A DNA stretch of 62,423 nucleotides, from positions 25,057,758 through 25,120,180 of the forward strand of contig NC_068997.1 in assembly GCF_001194135.2 (NCBI RefSeq), given 5' to 3'. Made by a program: the position numbers and the translations under genes. The notes below the pieces were generated by a model. The model worked only from the letters and a program-made list of their open reading frames with translations, was not told the origin of the DNA and did no database searches. This DNA is from Octopus bimaculoides. Taxonomy: Eukaryota. This document shows, in pieces, positions 25,918-37,700 of this stretch (the stretch's first letter is position 1; each line of letters opens with the position of its first letter).

Positions 25918-26362
25918 ATGGAATGTCAAGTTAAGAAAAACGAGCATTTTCGATACCTCCTTCTTTTTGCTTTTAATCAAGCTTCTAAGGCCGCAAAAGC
26001 TTCTCGTGATATTTGTGCTGTCTATGGAGAGGGTGCCATAGCTGAAAGAAACGTTCGTGATTGGTATGTCAAGTTCAAAAATGAAAATTTTGACCTCAAA
26101 GACGCACCTCGTTCTGGCCGTCCAGTTGAGTCCGATGAAGAGCGATTAAACTAACTTTTGCACGAAAATTCTCGTCAAACGACAAGGGAACTGGCAGAGT
26201 AAATGGAATGCTCCCACACTGCCATAAGAGAAGCATCTTCAATCGATGGGAAAGGTTCAGATGTATGGAGCATGGGTCTCGGATGCTTTAAGTGACAACA
26301 CCAAAAATCAACGATCCACGATCTCTGTTGGTTTGCTTGCTCGTCACCGCTCAACTCATAGT
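25918..26362 (+). mobile_element. Mariner transposase pseudogene, N-terminal HTH half only
   Basis: MECQVKKNEHFRYLLLFAFNQ..ASRDICAVYGEGAIAERNVRDWYVKFKNENFDLKDAPRSGRP, then (through stops and a frameshift) NSRQTTRELAE..GKVQMYGAWVSDAL, the WVPHxL-equivalent motif. The catalytic domain is missing. Confidence 0.92.
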
Positions 26363-26677
26363 ATATGAGTATTGGCATCAATTTGTTCGACTAAAATCTT
26401 TGTGATATTTCTCTAGCATGGCTGTAGTCCAATGATTGAAACAAGTACAAGAGAATATAACAGATCAAATTCCGCAATCATCACCGACCCTTCGATTTTC
26501 TACAGTACTCGATAATCAAGTATACCAATGGTTTATTATTACCCCACCAGCAATTCTTGTTTGAACTTTGTCCCTCACCCGGCCCCACCATCGCCATTAC
26601 ATGCAAGTGAGTGATTGGATAGTGACCCAACAATAGATCAAATTAATGATGGTGCATTGTTATATCATTTTAAACAG

Positions 26678-26720
26678 AGCCAACAGGTTCTGGAAATAAT
26701 ATTACATATGGTGGCCTGTT
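26678..26720 (+). CDS. Weak candidate micro-exon ((E)PTGSGNNITYGGL)
   Basis: TTTTAAACAG|AG acceptor and TT|GTAAGG donor only. Confidence 0.12.
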
Positions 26721-27454
26721 GTAAGGAATGATATCTGACCGAACAATGCCTGTTATTGCATTCCATTTCAGTCCGTGAATGTGAAACGCCAAAACAAAAC
26801 AAGAAAAAAAAAAAATAATAATAATACAATTGAATGCATTCATTACACACTCTGCGCACACACTCTGTCGTGGAATAATCAGATTCAATTTACAAATGAC
26901 ACGAGAGCACACAAACACACACACAAACACGCAAATACATATACACACATACTCACACACATATGTACACAGACACGCATACATACACTCTCACGTACAC
27001 GCAGAAAAGAATACGCACATACGCACTTGTCCACTAATTCAATAGGTGAAGAATCTGATTCCATTTGCAAGACATGCGAACAAATAAAACATTAATTCAA
27101 TAGGTAAATAAATTTTTTCTCTTAAAAGAGAAACAAACATACAAACGCATAAACACATACATAGATACGTACACACACTCGAACACATACACATATATAC
27201 GCACTCACAAACACGCAATCATTCTCTCTCCCTCTCTCTCTCCCTCTCTCTCCCTCACACAAACACATACACATTCACACAACCTGAGAGTTTCGGTTCA
27301 AGTGTGCGCATACAAGCATGTATGTATACATATATATGCGTATATTTACATACACACACACATATATATATACATATATATTTAGATATATATAAGTATA
27401 TATATGTGTATATATACGTATATGTATATGTGTGTGTGTATATATACGTATATA

Positions 27455-27505
<51 letters not shown>

Positions 27506-28494
27506 NNNNNNNNNNNNNNNNNNNNNNNNNNNNNNNNNNNNNNNNNNNNNNNNNNNNNNNNNNNNNNNNNNNNNNNNNNNNNNNNNNNNNNNNNNNNNNN
27601 NNNNNNNNNNNNNNNNNNNNNNNNNNNNNNNNNNNNNNNNNNNNNNNNNNNNNNNNNNNNNNNNNNNNNNNNNNNNNNNNNNNNNNNNNNNNNNNNNNNN
27701 NNNNNNNNNNNNNNNNNNNNNNNNNNNNNNNNNNNNNNNNNNNNNNNNNNNNNNNNNNNNNNNNNNNNNNNNNNNNNNNNNNNNNNNNNNNNNNNNNNNN
27801 NNNNNNNNNNNNNNNNNNNNNNNNNNNNNNNNNNNNNNNNNNNNNNNNNNNNNNNNNNNNNNNNNNNNNNNNNNNNNNNNNNNNNNNNNNNNNNNNNNNN
27901 NNNNNNNNNNNNNNNNNNNNNNNNNNNNNNNNNNNNNNNNNNNNNNNNNNNNNNNNNNNNNNNNNNNNNNNNNNNNNNNNNNNNNNNNNNNNNNNNNNNN
28001 NNNNNNNNNNNNNNNNNNNNNNNNNNNNNNNNNNNNNNNNNNNNNNNNNNNNNNNNNNNNNNNNNNNNNNNNNNNNNNNNNNNNNNNNNNNNNNNNNNNN
28101 NNNNNNNNNNNNNNNNNNNNNNNNNNNNNNNNNNNNNNNNNNNNNNNNNNNNNNNNNNNNNNNNNNNNNNNNNNNNNNNNNNNNNNNNNNNNNNNNNNNN
28201 NNNNNNNNNNNNNNNNNNNNNNNNNNNNNNNNNNNNNNNNNNNNNNNNNNGCGTATGTATGTAGGTTTAGATATGTGTATTCATGTGTGCATTTGTATAA
28301 ACACATATATATATATATATATGTATGTATATACCGATGCGTATGTATATGCGCGCGTGTGTGTGAGAGAGAGAGACAGAGAAAGAGAAAGAAAGAGAGA
28401 GGGTGTGTGCCTATAGCTATCTATCCAGCAATCAAATCTCTCACACGCCTTAACAGATTCACTCTTTCCGTCTCACTTACCCCTCTATTTACTA

Positions 28495-28532
<38 letters not shown>

Positions 28533-28894
28533 TTATCACACTTTCTCTCTCCCTCTCTCACACACCCTTCCTTCTTCTCTCACTCTCTCTCTCCCTCATT
28601 TCGTGTTTTTTTCTGGTTCTTTGTGTGAAAAACGCGCGTAATCTCGTGATATACTCTCATACAGAAACTCAGCAATTTGCCAAACACCAAAACTATATTA
28701 CTTCACACGATATGAATATCACACATCAGATTTTCTCCTCCTCCTCCTCCTCCCTTCCCCCTCACTTACATGCATACACACACAGATACACACACACACT
28801 CACTCACTATCCCTTCCGCTGTAAACTGATATAGGCCATTCTTCTTCTTCTTCTTCTTCTTCTTCTTCTTCTTCTTCTTCTTCTTCTTCTTCTA

Positions 28895-28952
<58 letters not shown>

Positions 28953-29946
28953 AGAAATCATTCAATCCAATTCCATTGTCNNNNNNNNNNNNNNNNNNNN
29001 NNNNNNNNNNNNNNNNNNNNNNNNNNNNNNNNNNNNNNNNNNNNNNNNNNNNNNNNNNNNNNNNNNNNNNNNNNNNNNNNNNNNNNNNNNNNNNNNNNNN
29101 NNNNNNNNNNNNNNNNNNNNNNNNNNNNNNNNNNNNNNNNNNNNNNNNNNNNNNNNNNNNNNNNNNNNNNNNNNNNNNNNNNNNNNNNNNNNNNNNNNNN
29201 NNNNNNNNNNNNNNNNNNNNNNNNNNNNNNNNNNNNNNNNNNNNNNNNNNNNNNNNNNNNNNNNNNNNNNNNNNNNNNNNNNNNNNNNNNNNNNNNNNNN
29301 NNNNNNNNNNNNNNNNNNNNNNNNNNNNNNNNNNNNNNNNNNNNNNNNNNNNNNNNNNNNNNNNNNNNNNNNNNNNNNNNNNNNNNNNNNNNNNNNNNNN
29401 NNNNNNNNNNNNNNNNNNNNNNNNNNNNNNNNNNNNNNNNNNNNNNNNNNNNNNNNNNNNNNNNNNNNNNNNNNNNNNNNNNNNNNNNNNNNNNNNNNNN
29501 NNNNNNNNNNNNNNNNNNNNNNNNNNNNNNNNNNNNNNNNNNNNNNNNNNNNNNNNNNNNNNNNNNNNNNNNNNNNNNNNNNNNNNNNNNNNNNNNNNNN
29601 NNNNNNNNNNNNNNNNNNNNNNNNNNNNNNNNNNNNNNNNNNNNNNNNNNNNNNNNNNNNNNNNNNNNNNNNNNNNNNNNNNNNNNNNNNNNNNNNNNNN
29701 NNNNNNNNNNNNNNNNNNNNNNNNNNNNNNNNNNNNNNNNNNNNNNNNNNNNNNNNNNNNNNNNNNNNNNNNNNNNNNNNNNNNNNNNNNNNNNNNNNNN
29801 NNNNNNNNNNNNNNNNNNNNNNNNNNNNNNNNNNNNNNNNNNNNNNNNNNNNNNNNNNNNNNNNNNNNNNNNNNNNNNNNNNNNNNNNNNNNNNNNNNNN
29901 NNNNNNNNNNNNNNNNNNNNNNNNNNNNNNNNNNNNNNNNNNNNNN

Positions 29947-29999
<53 letters not shown>

Positions 30000-30045
30000 A
30001 TATGTATATGTATGTATGTGTGTATGTATGTATGTATACGTGCAG

Positions 30046-30183
30046 ATACACCTCAAGACGCATAGAAGTCTGCTCAGACAGTACAATACAAACACCCAGA
30101 GGAACATGCATTTGGAATATTTCAAGCAGCTTCTACCGTTTCATCATTTTGTACTCCGTACTCCAGTTACTCGTTGGGCTCCG
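30046..30183 (+). CDS. Candidate 138-nt exon, product unknown
   Basis: Strong donor CCG|GTGAGT, a weak TGCAG acceptor, two fully open frames, and non-repetitive sequence among microsatellites. Confidence 0.2.
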
Positions 30184-30676
30184 GTGAGTATTAAGTCGCC
30201 ATCTTCTAAATTGCTTATTTAGCTGAGCTGTTAAGCTTTAATTCGAAAGGCGTGACCTGTGCTTATCAATCAAGGGTTTATTTGTAAATCCTTTGTTGGC
30301 CAAAGTCTCCTTGTGAGCTTGATTAATTGTTTTTGATCAACAAATTCTTTCCAGGGATTTCCATGATAGATTTCCATTCTTTGATTCTAATTTCTTATTC
30401 TTGATAGTATGTTTGTTTGTTTGTTTGTTTGTTTGTTTGTTTCTTTATTTCTTTCTTTTTTCTCAGTCTCCGTCTTAGTAATGTATACGTTTCTGCAATT
30501 TTCTTGTCCTCTGTGTGTTTGAATGCATGTGTGTGTGTGCATGTGTGTGTGTATGTGTGTGTGTGTTTGCTTGTGTGTGCACGTGTATGTGTCTGCATGT
30601 GTGTGTGTGTGTGCTTGTATTTGAGTGTATTTTTGAGCGTGTGTGTGTGAGAGAGAGGGAGAGATAGAGAGATAGA

Positions 30677-30723
<47 letters not shown>

Positions 30724-31943
30724 AGTATGCGTTCGTGACATTTTCTCTCTTCCGGCTTTGATGTCTCTATTTCCTAATATCGTCTGCTTTTTTTTTTTTA
30801 AATTTAAGTATTTGCTTCCTATGTGTTTGGGTGTGTGTTTATATGTGTATATATGTGTGCATGTGTGAGTGTATGTGTGTGTGTATAAGTATATACATAT
30901 ATTTATGCGTACATATATNNNNNNNNNNNNNNNNNNNNNNNNNNNNNNNNNNNNNNNNNNNNNNNNNNNNNNNNNNNNNNNNNNNNNNNNNNNNNNNNNN
31001 NNNNNNNNNNNNNNNNNNNNNNNNNNNNNNNNNNNNNNNNNNNNNNNNNNNNNNNNNNNNNNNNNNNNNNNNNNNNNNNNNNNNNNNNNNNNNNNNNNNN
31101 NNNNNNNNNNNNNNNNNNNNNNNNNNNNNNNNNNNNNNNNNNNNNNNNNNNNNNNNNNNNNNNNNNNNNNNNNNNNNNNNNNNNNNNNNNNNNNNNNNNN
31201 NNNNNNNNNNNNNNNNNNNNNNNNNNNNNNNNNNNNNNNNNNNNNNNNNNNNNNNNNNNNNNNNNNNNNNNNNNNNNNNNNNNNNNNNNNNNNNNNNNNN
31301 NNNNNNNNNATATAAATATATATATATATGACTGTCATTACTATAGGAGCATCGCTATGTGTAGCACCAAAGATCAATAAGAATTGAAGTAATACATAGA
31401 TAATATATATCTAAGGAATGCTCTGCGAAATATATGCGAAGAAATGAAGTGTATACGTTGCGCGACATTTTTATCAACTTGTCTTTCTGTTTTGGAGAGT
31501 TCCTTCACCTTTCCTCTTCAATGGAACCTGTACGAGTCATTTCGGAGTGTTCAGTGCTACGCATTCACAGAGTGTTTCTAACCGGATCAATAGTAAAGAT
31601 TGCTGATGAATATTATGCAATCTCTGAAGATTTGGCAATGTCCTCATGTATGATTTTCTGTATGTATCTGACATTTACATATTGATAACGATACTTATGT
31701 AAGATGACGTCACTAAATAATTTTGAGCAAATGTAATTTTGGTAAATATACCTGCTAATATGAGATGTCCAGTGTTATTATTATTTTTGTGTAATTTAGA
31801 CGACAATTTATTCACCGTACTGTGAGAATATATTTATTGACTCTGAGATATCCCAGAAAGAGCTGTAAGGCTTTGTATTTTCTAAAATAATAATGATATT
31901 ATATATCACCTGAGATGTTTGCATTGCCTTAACGTTTGTTGTC

Positions 31944-31985
<42 letters not shown>

Positions 31986-32501
31986 NNNNNNNNNNNNNNN
32001 NNNNNNNNNNNNNNNNNNNNNNNNNNNNNNNNNNNNNNNNNNNNNNNNNNNNNNNNNNNNNNNNNNNNNNNNNNNNNNNNNNNNNNNNNNNNNNNNNNNN
32101 NNNNNNNNNNNNNNNNNNNNNNNNNNNNNNNNNNNNNNNNNNNNNNNNNNNNNNNNNNNNNNNNNNNNNNNNNNNNNNNNNNNNNNNNNNNNNNNNNNNN
32201 NNNNNNNNNNNNNNNNNNNNNNNNNNNNNNNNNNNNNNNNNNNNNNNNNNNNNNNNNNNNNNNNNNNNNNNNNNNNNNNNNNNNNNNNNNNNNNNNNNNN
32301 NNNNNNNNNNNNNNNNNNNNNNNNNNNNNNNNNNNNNNNNNNNNNNNNNNNNNNNNNNNNNNNNNNNNNNNNNNNNNNNNNNNNNNNNNNNNNNNNNNNN
32401 NNNNNNNNNNNNNNNNNNNNNNNNNNNNNNNNNNNNNNNNNNNNNNNNNNNNNNNNNNNNNNNNNNNNNNNNNNNNNNNNNNNNNNNNNNNNNNNNNNNN
32501 N

Positions 32502-32538
<37 letters not shown>

Positions 32539-32623
32539 ATTCACCACAAACGATAAATTACATAGCTCAAAACAGAAGTGGCGAATATTCTTTATAACTG
32601 AAAAGCTCTTAATTCCAACACAG

Positions 32624-32703
32624 TTACTCGCTTCCTATCATTCAACTTGTAATCCGAATCTGTTTTCTCTTCGTAAAACACTTGCTGTAAAGCTGTTAAA
32701 CGA
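32624..32703 (+). CDS. Candidate 80-nt exon (LLASYHSTCNPNLFSLRKTLAVKLLN)
   Basis: CTTAATTCCAACACAG| acceptor, GA|GTAAGA donor, single open frame. Confidence 0.2.
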
Positions 32704-33441
32704 GTAAGATATGGCTGCTGTTTCTAACAAATCCAACTGCAACCAAAATGGATTCTGTCCCTCCATACCTAAAAACAAATTAAAACAAACGAAGCAACAA
32801 CGAAAAAAAATCCCCCTAAATGTATCTATAATGATCAAAGGGAGAGATTTGTTTTTGTGTGTTTACAACGTAAGACGCGTAAGAGACATCTGGAATTACA
32901 GTAGATGCTTTGATCTTTTTCAAGTTTCATACTTTAAGAGTATTAGAGAGTATCTATTCATTGTTCGTTGAATTATTTACATTCTTTCTGGCTAATGTTA
33001 TACAAGAACAATGAACAGACAACTCTTATTTACAGGCTGGAATTTCATTTCTTCAATTTCACACTAGCTTTTTTTTTTTTTTTATCAGATTTCTTTTCAG
33101 TCTTTTTCTTATGTTTTAGGTTAAGTATAATTTCTACAGTTCCCTATATTGTATTTTCTTGCGTTGTTAATATTGTTTTGTTTTGTATATTTGTATATAG
33201 TTTTTTTTTTCGTTTCTTTTGGATATTTATTGTATCCTTATTTCTGTATATTTTATTATATATTTTGATGTTCGATTTTTGGTTTATATTTCTATTTTCT
33301 TTATTTTTTTTTTCATGACTTTGTTTTTATCTTTTCCACATTGTTATTTACTTAATGAATGATGATGGAGAGATATGCCAGGTGGTAAGGCTGTTCTTTT
33401 AAAGCTCACGCTGGTTATGACATACCTACACATGCAGTCGT

Positions 33442-33560
33442 GGAGGCGCAATGGCCCAGTGGTTAGGGAAGCGGACTCGCGGTTATAGAATCGCGGTTTC
33501 CATTCCCAGACCGCGCGTTGTGAGTGTTTATTGAGCGAAAACACCTAAAGCTCTACGAGT
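33442..33560 (+). mobile_element. tRNA-derived SINE family C (5' part)
   Basis: A-box-like TGGCCCAGTGG and B-box-like GGTTTCCATTCC lie in a tRNA-sized head followed by non-tRNA sequence. No intact cloverleaf. Confidence 0.75.
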
Positions 33561-33642
33561 CAAGGACTGGAATTGATGCAATGACTAACTCCCTCCCCCA
33601 AAACTCCAGGTCCTGTGCCTATAGTTATTAGTTATCATACAA

Positions 33643-33868
33643 GGTGGCGAGCTGGCAGAATCGTTAGAACGTCGGGAAAAATGGTTAGCGACATTTCGTC
33701 CATCTTTACGTTCTGAGTTCAAATTCCGCCGACGTCAATTTTGCCTTTCATTCTTTCGGGGGTCGATAAATTAAGTACCAGTCAAGAGCTGGGGTCAGTG
33801 TAACCGACTCATCTCCTCCTCCTCCAAATTTTCAAGCATCGTGCCTGTAGTAGAAAGTATTATTATTG
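33643..33868 (+). mobile_element. tRNA-derived SINE family A, near full length
   Basis: GGTGGCGAGCTGGCAGAATCGTTAG..GAGTTCAAATTCCGCCGA..GGGGTCGATAAATTAAGTACCAG..GTGCCTGTAGTAGAAAG followed by a (TAT)n tail. More than 10 copies in the window. Confidence 0.92.
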
Positions 33869-34004
33869 TTATCATCCCTTGGTTGTTCTGCTATTTCCTT
33901 GTCTTGTATTTCTTCATATTCATTTCCCCTTTATTTATTTATTTATTTATTTATGCATGCATTTTGCTGTTGTCTGTGGAATCCCTCAGAAAGATTACAA
34001 GAGA

Positions 34005-34050
<46 letters not shown>

Positions 34051-34728
34051 GTTTTTATTATGACAATTATGTTAGACAACTCTATAAAGCGAAATCAGTG
34101 ACGAATAAACTTCTTGAAATCAAACCACAAATTGAGAACGATTGGGAAAAATAAAGAGACATTTACGAGGAATCGCAAACGTCAGAATAAAAATATAAAG
34201 ATTTGTGTTTGTATAATTAAAAGATAAAAAATTGCTTGTGCAATAAAAGGCATAGGAGTAAGAAATATTTTTATAGTGTTCGTCTTAGACCAACCTAGCT
34301 TGAAATGATCCCGTAACTACGCCGTTGATGGTTTGTCTTATTCTTGCTTCGATTCACCTGGTTAAATAAATAACACCGAATAAATATGAGTTTTAAATAT
34401 GGTGGTAGTTGTAGCGAAAGTCGTGCTAGGGTTAGTGTTGTCTGTGCTGTTGATGTTGATGGATGGATGGATGGATGAGTGGATGGATGGAGGGATAGCT
34501 GGTTAGAGGGATGGTATTGGTAGAAGAGAAGTTGTATGCTTATTGATGGTGATGATGGTGGCGATGGGATATTGGTGGTGTTGGTGTTAGTGGTTGTTGA
34601 GGCAATTCTCTCCCTTGTTGTTACATTTCGTTCGGTTTGATGACCGAGATTACAGAACAAAACGCGAGATTTTAATGTATTTTTATTCCCCATTGGCCGG
34701 AAAGTGAGAAAGATAGAGGAAGAGAAAT

Positions 34729-34773
<45 letters not shown>

Positions 34774-34904
34774 GATTGAAGCAGTGTGAAAGAGTGAAGG
34801 ATAAAAGAGAAAGAAACGGATAGTGAGAGAATGAGAGTAAAAGAGACTGGTAGAGAGGGGAGGAGAGAAAAACAGCTTAAGAAAGAGGGAGAAAGTGATA
34901 TTGA

Positions 34905-34943
<39 letters not shown>

Positions 34944-35481
34944 CCAGAGAGAGAGCGTGAGAAAGAGAGACAAACAGAGATTCTGAGAGATAAAATTTTA
35001 TTGTTAAATAAAGTGATATATTGTGAGAGGGGGGAGAAAAAGAAAGACACTAAAACGAAATATTTGAGAAAGAGAGAGACAGAGAGAGACACAGAAAGAG
35101 AGAAAGAGTAATTGCAAGAAAGAAAGAAAGAAAGAAAGAAAGAGTGAAATAGACCACGGGAGCTATAATTCCAGTGGTTACTCACAGACAAAGACAAAGA
35201 TCTGAAGAGAAGAGCAGCAAATGTTATTGGTGCCATGCCAGTTTCTATTGATCAACATTTCATCAATTTAAATACCGTATCCAGTGACATTAATGATCTC
35301 GGTTCAATCCCCCGTGTGATCCCTGAATTATCTGTGGTTATTGTCCGTTAGTGTCCGGATTACAAAACGCGTCTCTGGACAGACATCACTTGTATTTCTC
35401 TATACACACTTCAATTGTATTTCTGTAATATCATGGAAATATGGAATAAAAGCAAATGTAGAAGTACACACACTCACTCAC

Positions 35482-35531
<50 letters not shown>

Positions 35532-35757
35532 NNNNNNNNNNNNNNNNNNNNNNNNNNNNNNNNNNNNNNNNNNNNNNNNNNNNNNNNNNNNNNNNNNNNN
35601 NNNNNNNNNNNNNNNNNNNNNNNNNNNNNNNNNNNNNNNNNNNNNNNNNNNNNNNNNNNNNNNNNNNNNNNNNNNNNNNNNNNNNNNNNNNNNNNNNNNN
35701 NNNNNNNNNNNNNNNNNNNNNATATATATATATATATATATAAATGTATCTATGAAT

Positions 35758-35792
<35 letters not shown>

Positions 35793-36587
35793 GGGGGAGT
35801 AGTGGGGAACAGATACACCTGCGCACATCTGTTTACGTAGACAAACACATTCAAACGGGCACACATATATTCACACATATAAATGGACATATGTGTTTGT
35901 ATGTATGCATGTGTGCGTGATTGTATATGTGTACACATAACACACACACACTCACACACACACTCACACACACACGTATACACACGTGCATACAAACACA
36001 CACGCATGCACACGGGAAACGAGAAACTCATGTCACTATTGGTTCAAATAATCTGACGGACATTTGTTTGTGGTGGGAGGAGAAAAAGATTTTGATTTGG
36101 GGACAGAAAATTGTTGTCAAATCTGGTATGACATTAACTGTTGTCGTGTTTACCTCATCATGAACAAATTGCCTCAGATTCTAGAATTTTTGTTGTTGGA
36201 CTAAAAAAAAATCTATGAAATTCCAGTTAATGCAGTATTCATTGGAGGGTATGAGACATTTTGGCAGTGCTGTTTGGCCGCTGTTTTTTTTGGCGTCATT
36301 GATTCAACGCCGACATCTATGACGTTAGACGTATTATTGTTTCTCCCATTCGCCCTTTCTCTCGCCTATCTATCTTATTCGCTCTCCCATTCCCCTTCTC
36401 TTACCCCTCTCCGCTTTGCTTCCCTCTTTCCTCCCCTTTTCTCCCCTAATCCACACCTCTTCTCTCCGTTTACATGTGTTTATCCGTATAAGGAAAGAGG
36501 ATGTCTCTGTCCATTGTGATCAGTCAATAAATTGTAATCTTTCTCTAATTCTCTCACATTCTTTTTCTTTGTTTATGCATATTTCAG

Positions 36588-36743
36588 CGCACAGACGTGC
36601 GGGTGTTTCCGTCTAGCACCATACTCTACTCTCGCCGAAACAACTCAATGTCCAGTCAACCAGGCCAAATCTCCAGCGTCCAAACAGCGACGCCCAGTCT
36701 TCTCATACTGATCACTGGAATCTTAATTAGAATTACTTATGCG
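36588..36743 (+). CDS. Best candidate exon in the window, product unknown
   Basis: Branch-like CTAAT plus a long pyrimidine tract ending TTTCAG|C, and CpG-rich unique sequence. Frame 0: RTDVRVFPSSTILYSRRNNSMSSQPGQISSVQTATPSLLILITGILIRITYA (possible donor GCG|GTAAAA). Frame 1: AQTCGCFRLAPYSTLAETTQCPVNQAKSPASKQRRPVFSY* (TGA 36709-36711). Confidence 0.4.
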
Positions 36744-36958
36744 GTAAAAGAAAAAGAAAATATTAGTCAATATTTAATATAATAATTAGATTACGACATG
36801 TTTAAGCAAACAAGTTTGTTTTCGAAGCGTTGAAATGTATTGTAGAACAAGGAGAAAGATAGATTTTATTCAACGCATAGATACTTAACACGCCAACATC
36901 TCTTCAGTTATCCGGCTAATTAAAAATGCATGCTTGCACGAGTGTATGTATGTATGTA

Positions 36959-37035
<77 letters not shown>

Positions 37036-37417
37036 TCATGCATTTGCATTTGTACCCCGCTCTATCACTTGACAACGGGTGTTTGTTTGTTTATGTTCCC
37101 TCCACAATAGCTGTTCGGAATTACAGTAAAAATTTTGAAAAAAAAAAAACAAACTGTGATGCTGTTCAAAGTATGGATTTAATCACATAAAACGCTACAT
37201 TTTTAGGATTTACCAAATTTCTAGCATTCCACAGGGAACTTAAAAAGAATTTGTCGGCATTTTCAATCACATTTTTCTAAATGTGATTATTCTATCGAGA
37301 TCAGACTATTATTGTTCATGCTGTTTAGTTCCAGGTCGGTACCGATCTCAGAGACTTTAATTAAAATTGTTATAAACTTGATTATTCTGTTAGGATTGTT
37401 ATATTAGGCACTACATT

Positions 37418-37624
37418 AAGGTGGCGAATTGGCAGAATCGTAAGCATGTCGGGAAAAATGCTTATCGGCATTTTATCCATCTTTACGTCCTGAGTTCAAA
37501 TTCTACTGAGGTCGGCTATGCTTTTTATTTTTTCGGGGTCGATAAAATAAGTATCAGCTAACGACTGAGGTTGATCTGAAGCATTTTGCCCGGCGCTCTA
37601 ATGATTCTGCTAGCTCACCACCTT
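37418..37624 (+). mobile_element. SINE family A (+) fused to an inverted family A head (-, 37581-37624)
   Basis: 37581-37624 GCATTTTGCCCGGCGCTCTAATGATTCTGCTAGCTCACCACCTT is the reverse complement of a family A head. Confidence 0.85.
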
Positions 37625-37700
37625 AATAATTATAGTAATAATAATGATGATGATAAAGCATAAGGCCCAAATTTTTGTGGGGAGAAGGACAAAGAATAAT

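Noticed and set aside
26670-26800. Minus-strand FHIHG resembling a multicopper-oxidase motif
   Set aside because: Five residues only, without the upstream HP or other copper ligands, and no splice support.
32640-32800. Minus-strand exon after a strong TTTTTAG acceptor (YGGTESILVAVGF / MEGQNPFW)
   Set aside because: All frames close before a good donor, no family was recognised, and it overlaps the + strand candidate.
33445-33520. Possible tRNA gene
   Set aside because: It has A/B-box-like words but no intact cloverleaf and continues into a SINE body. The same applies to the other SINE heads.
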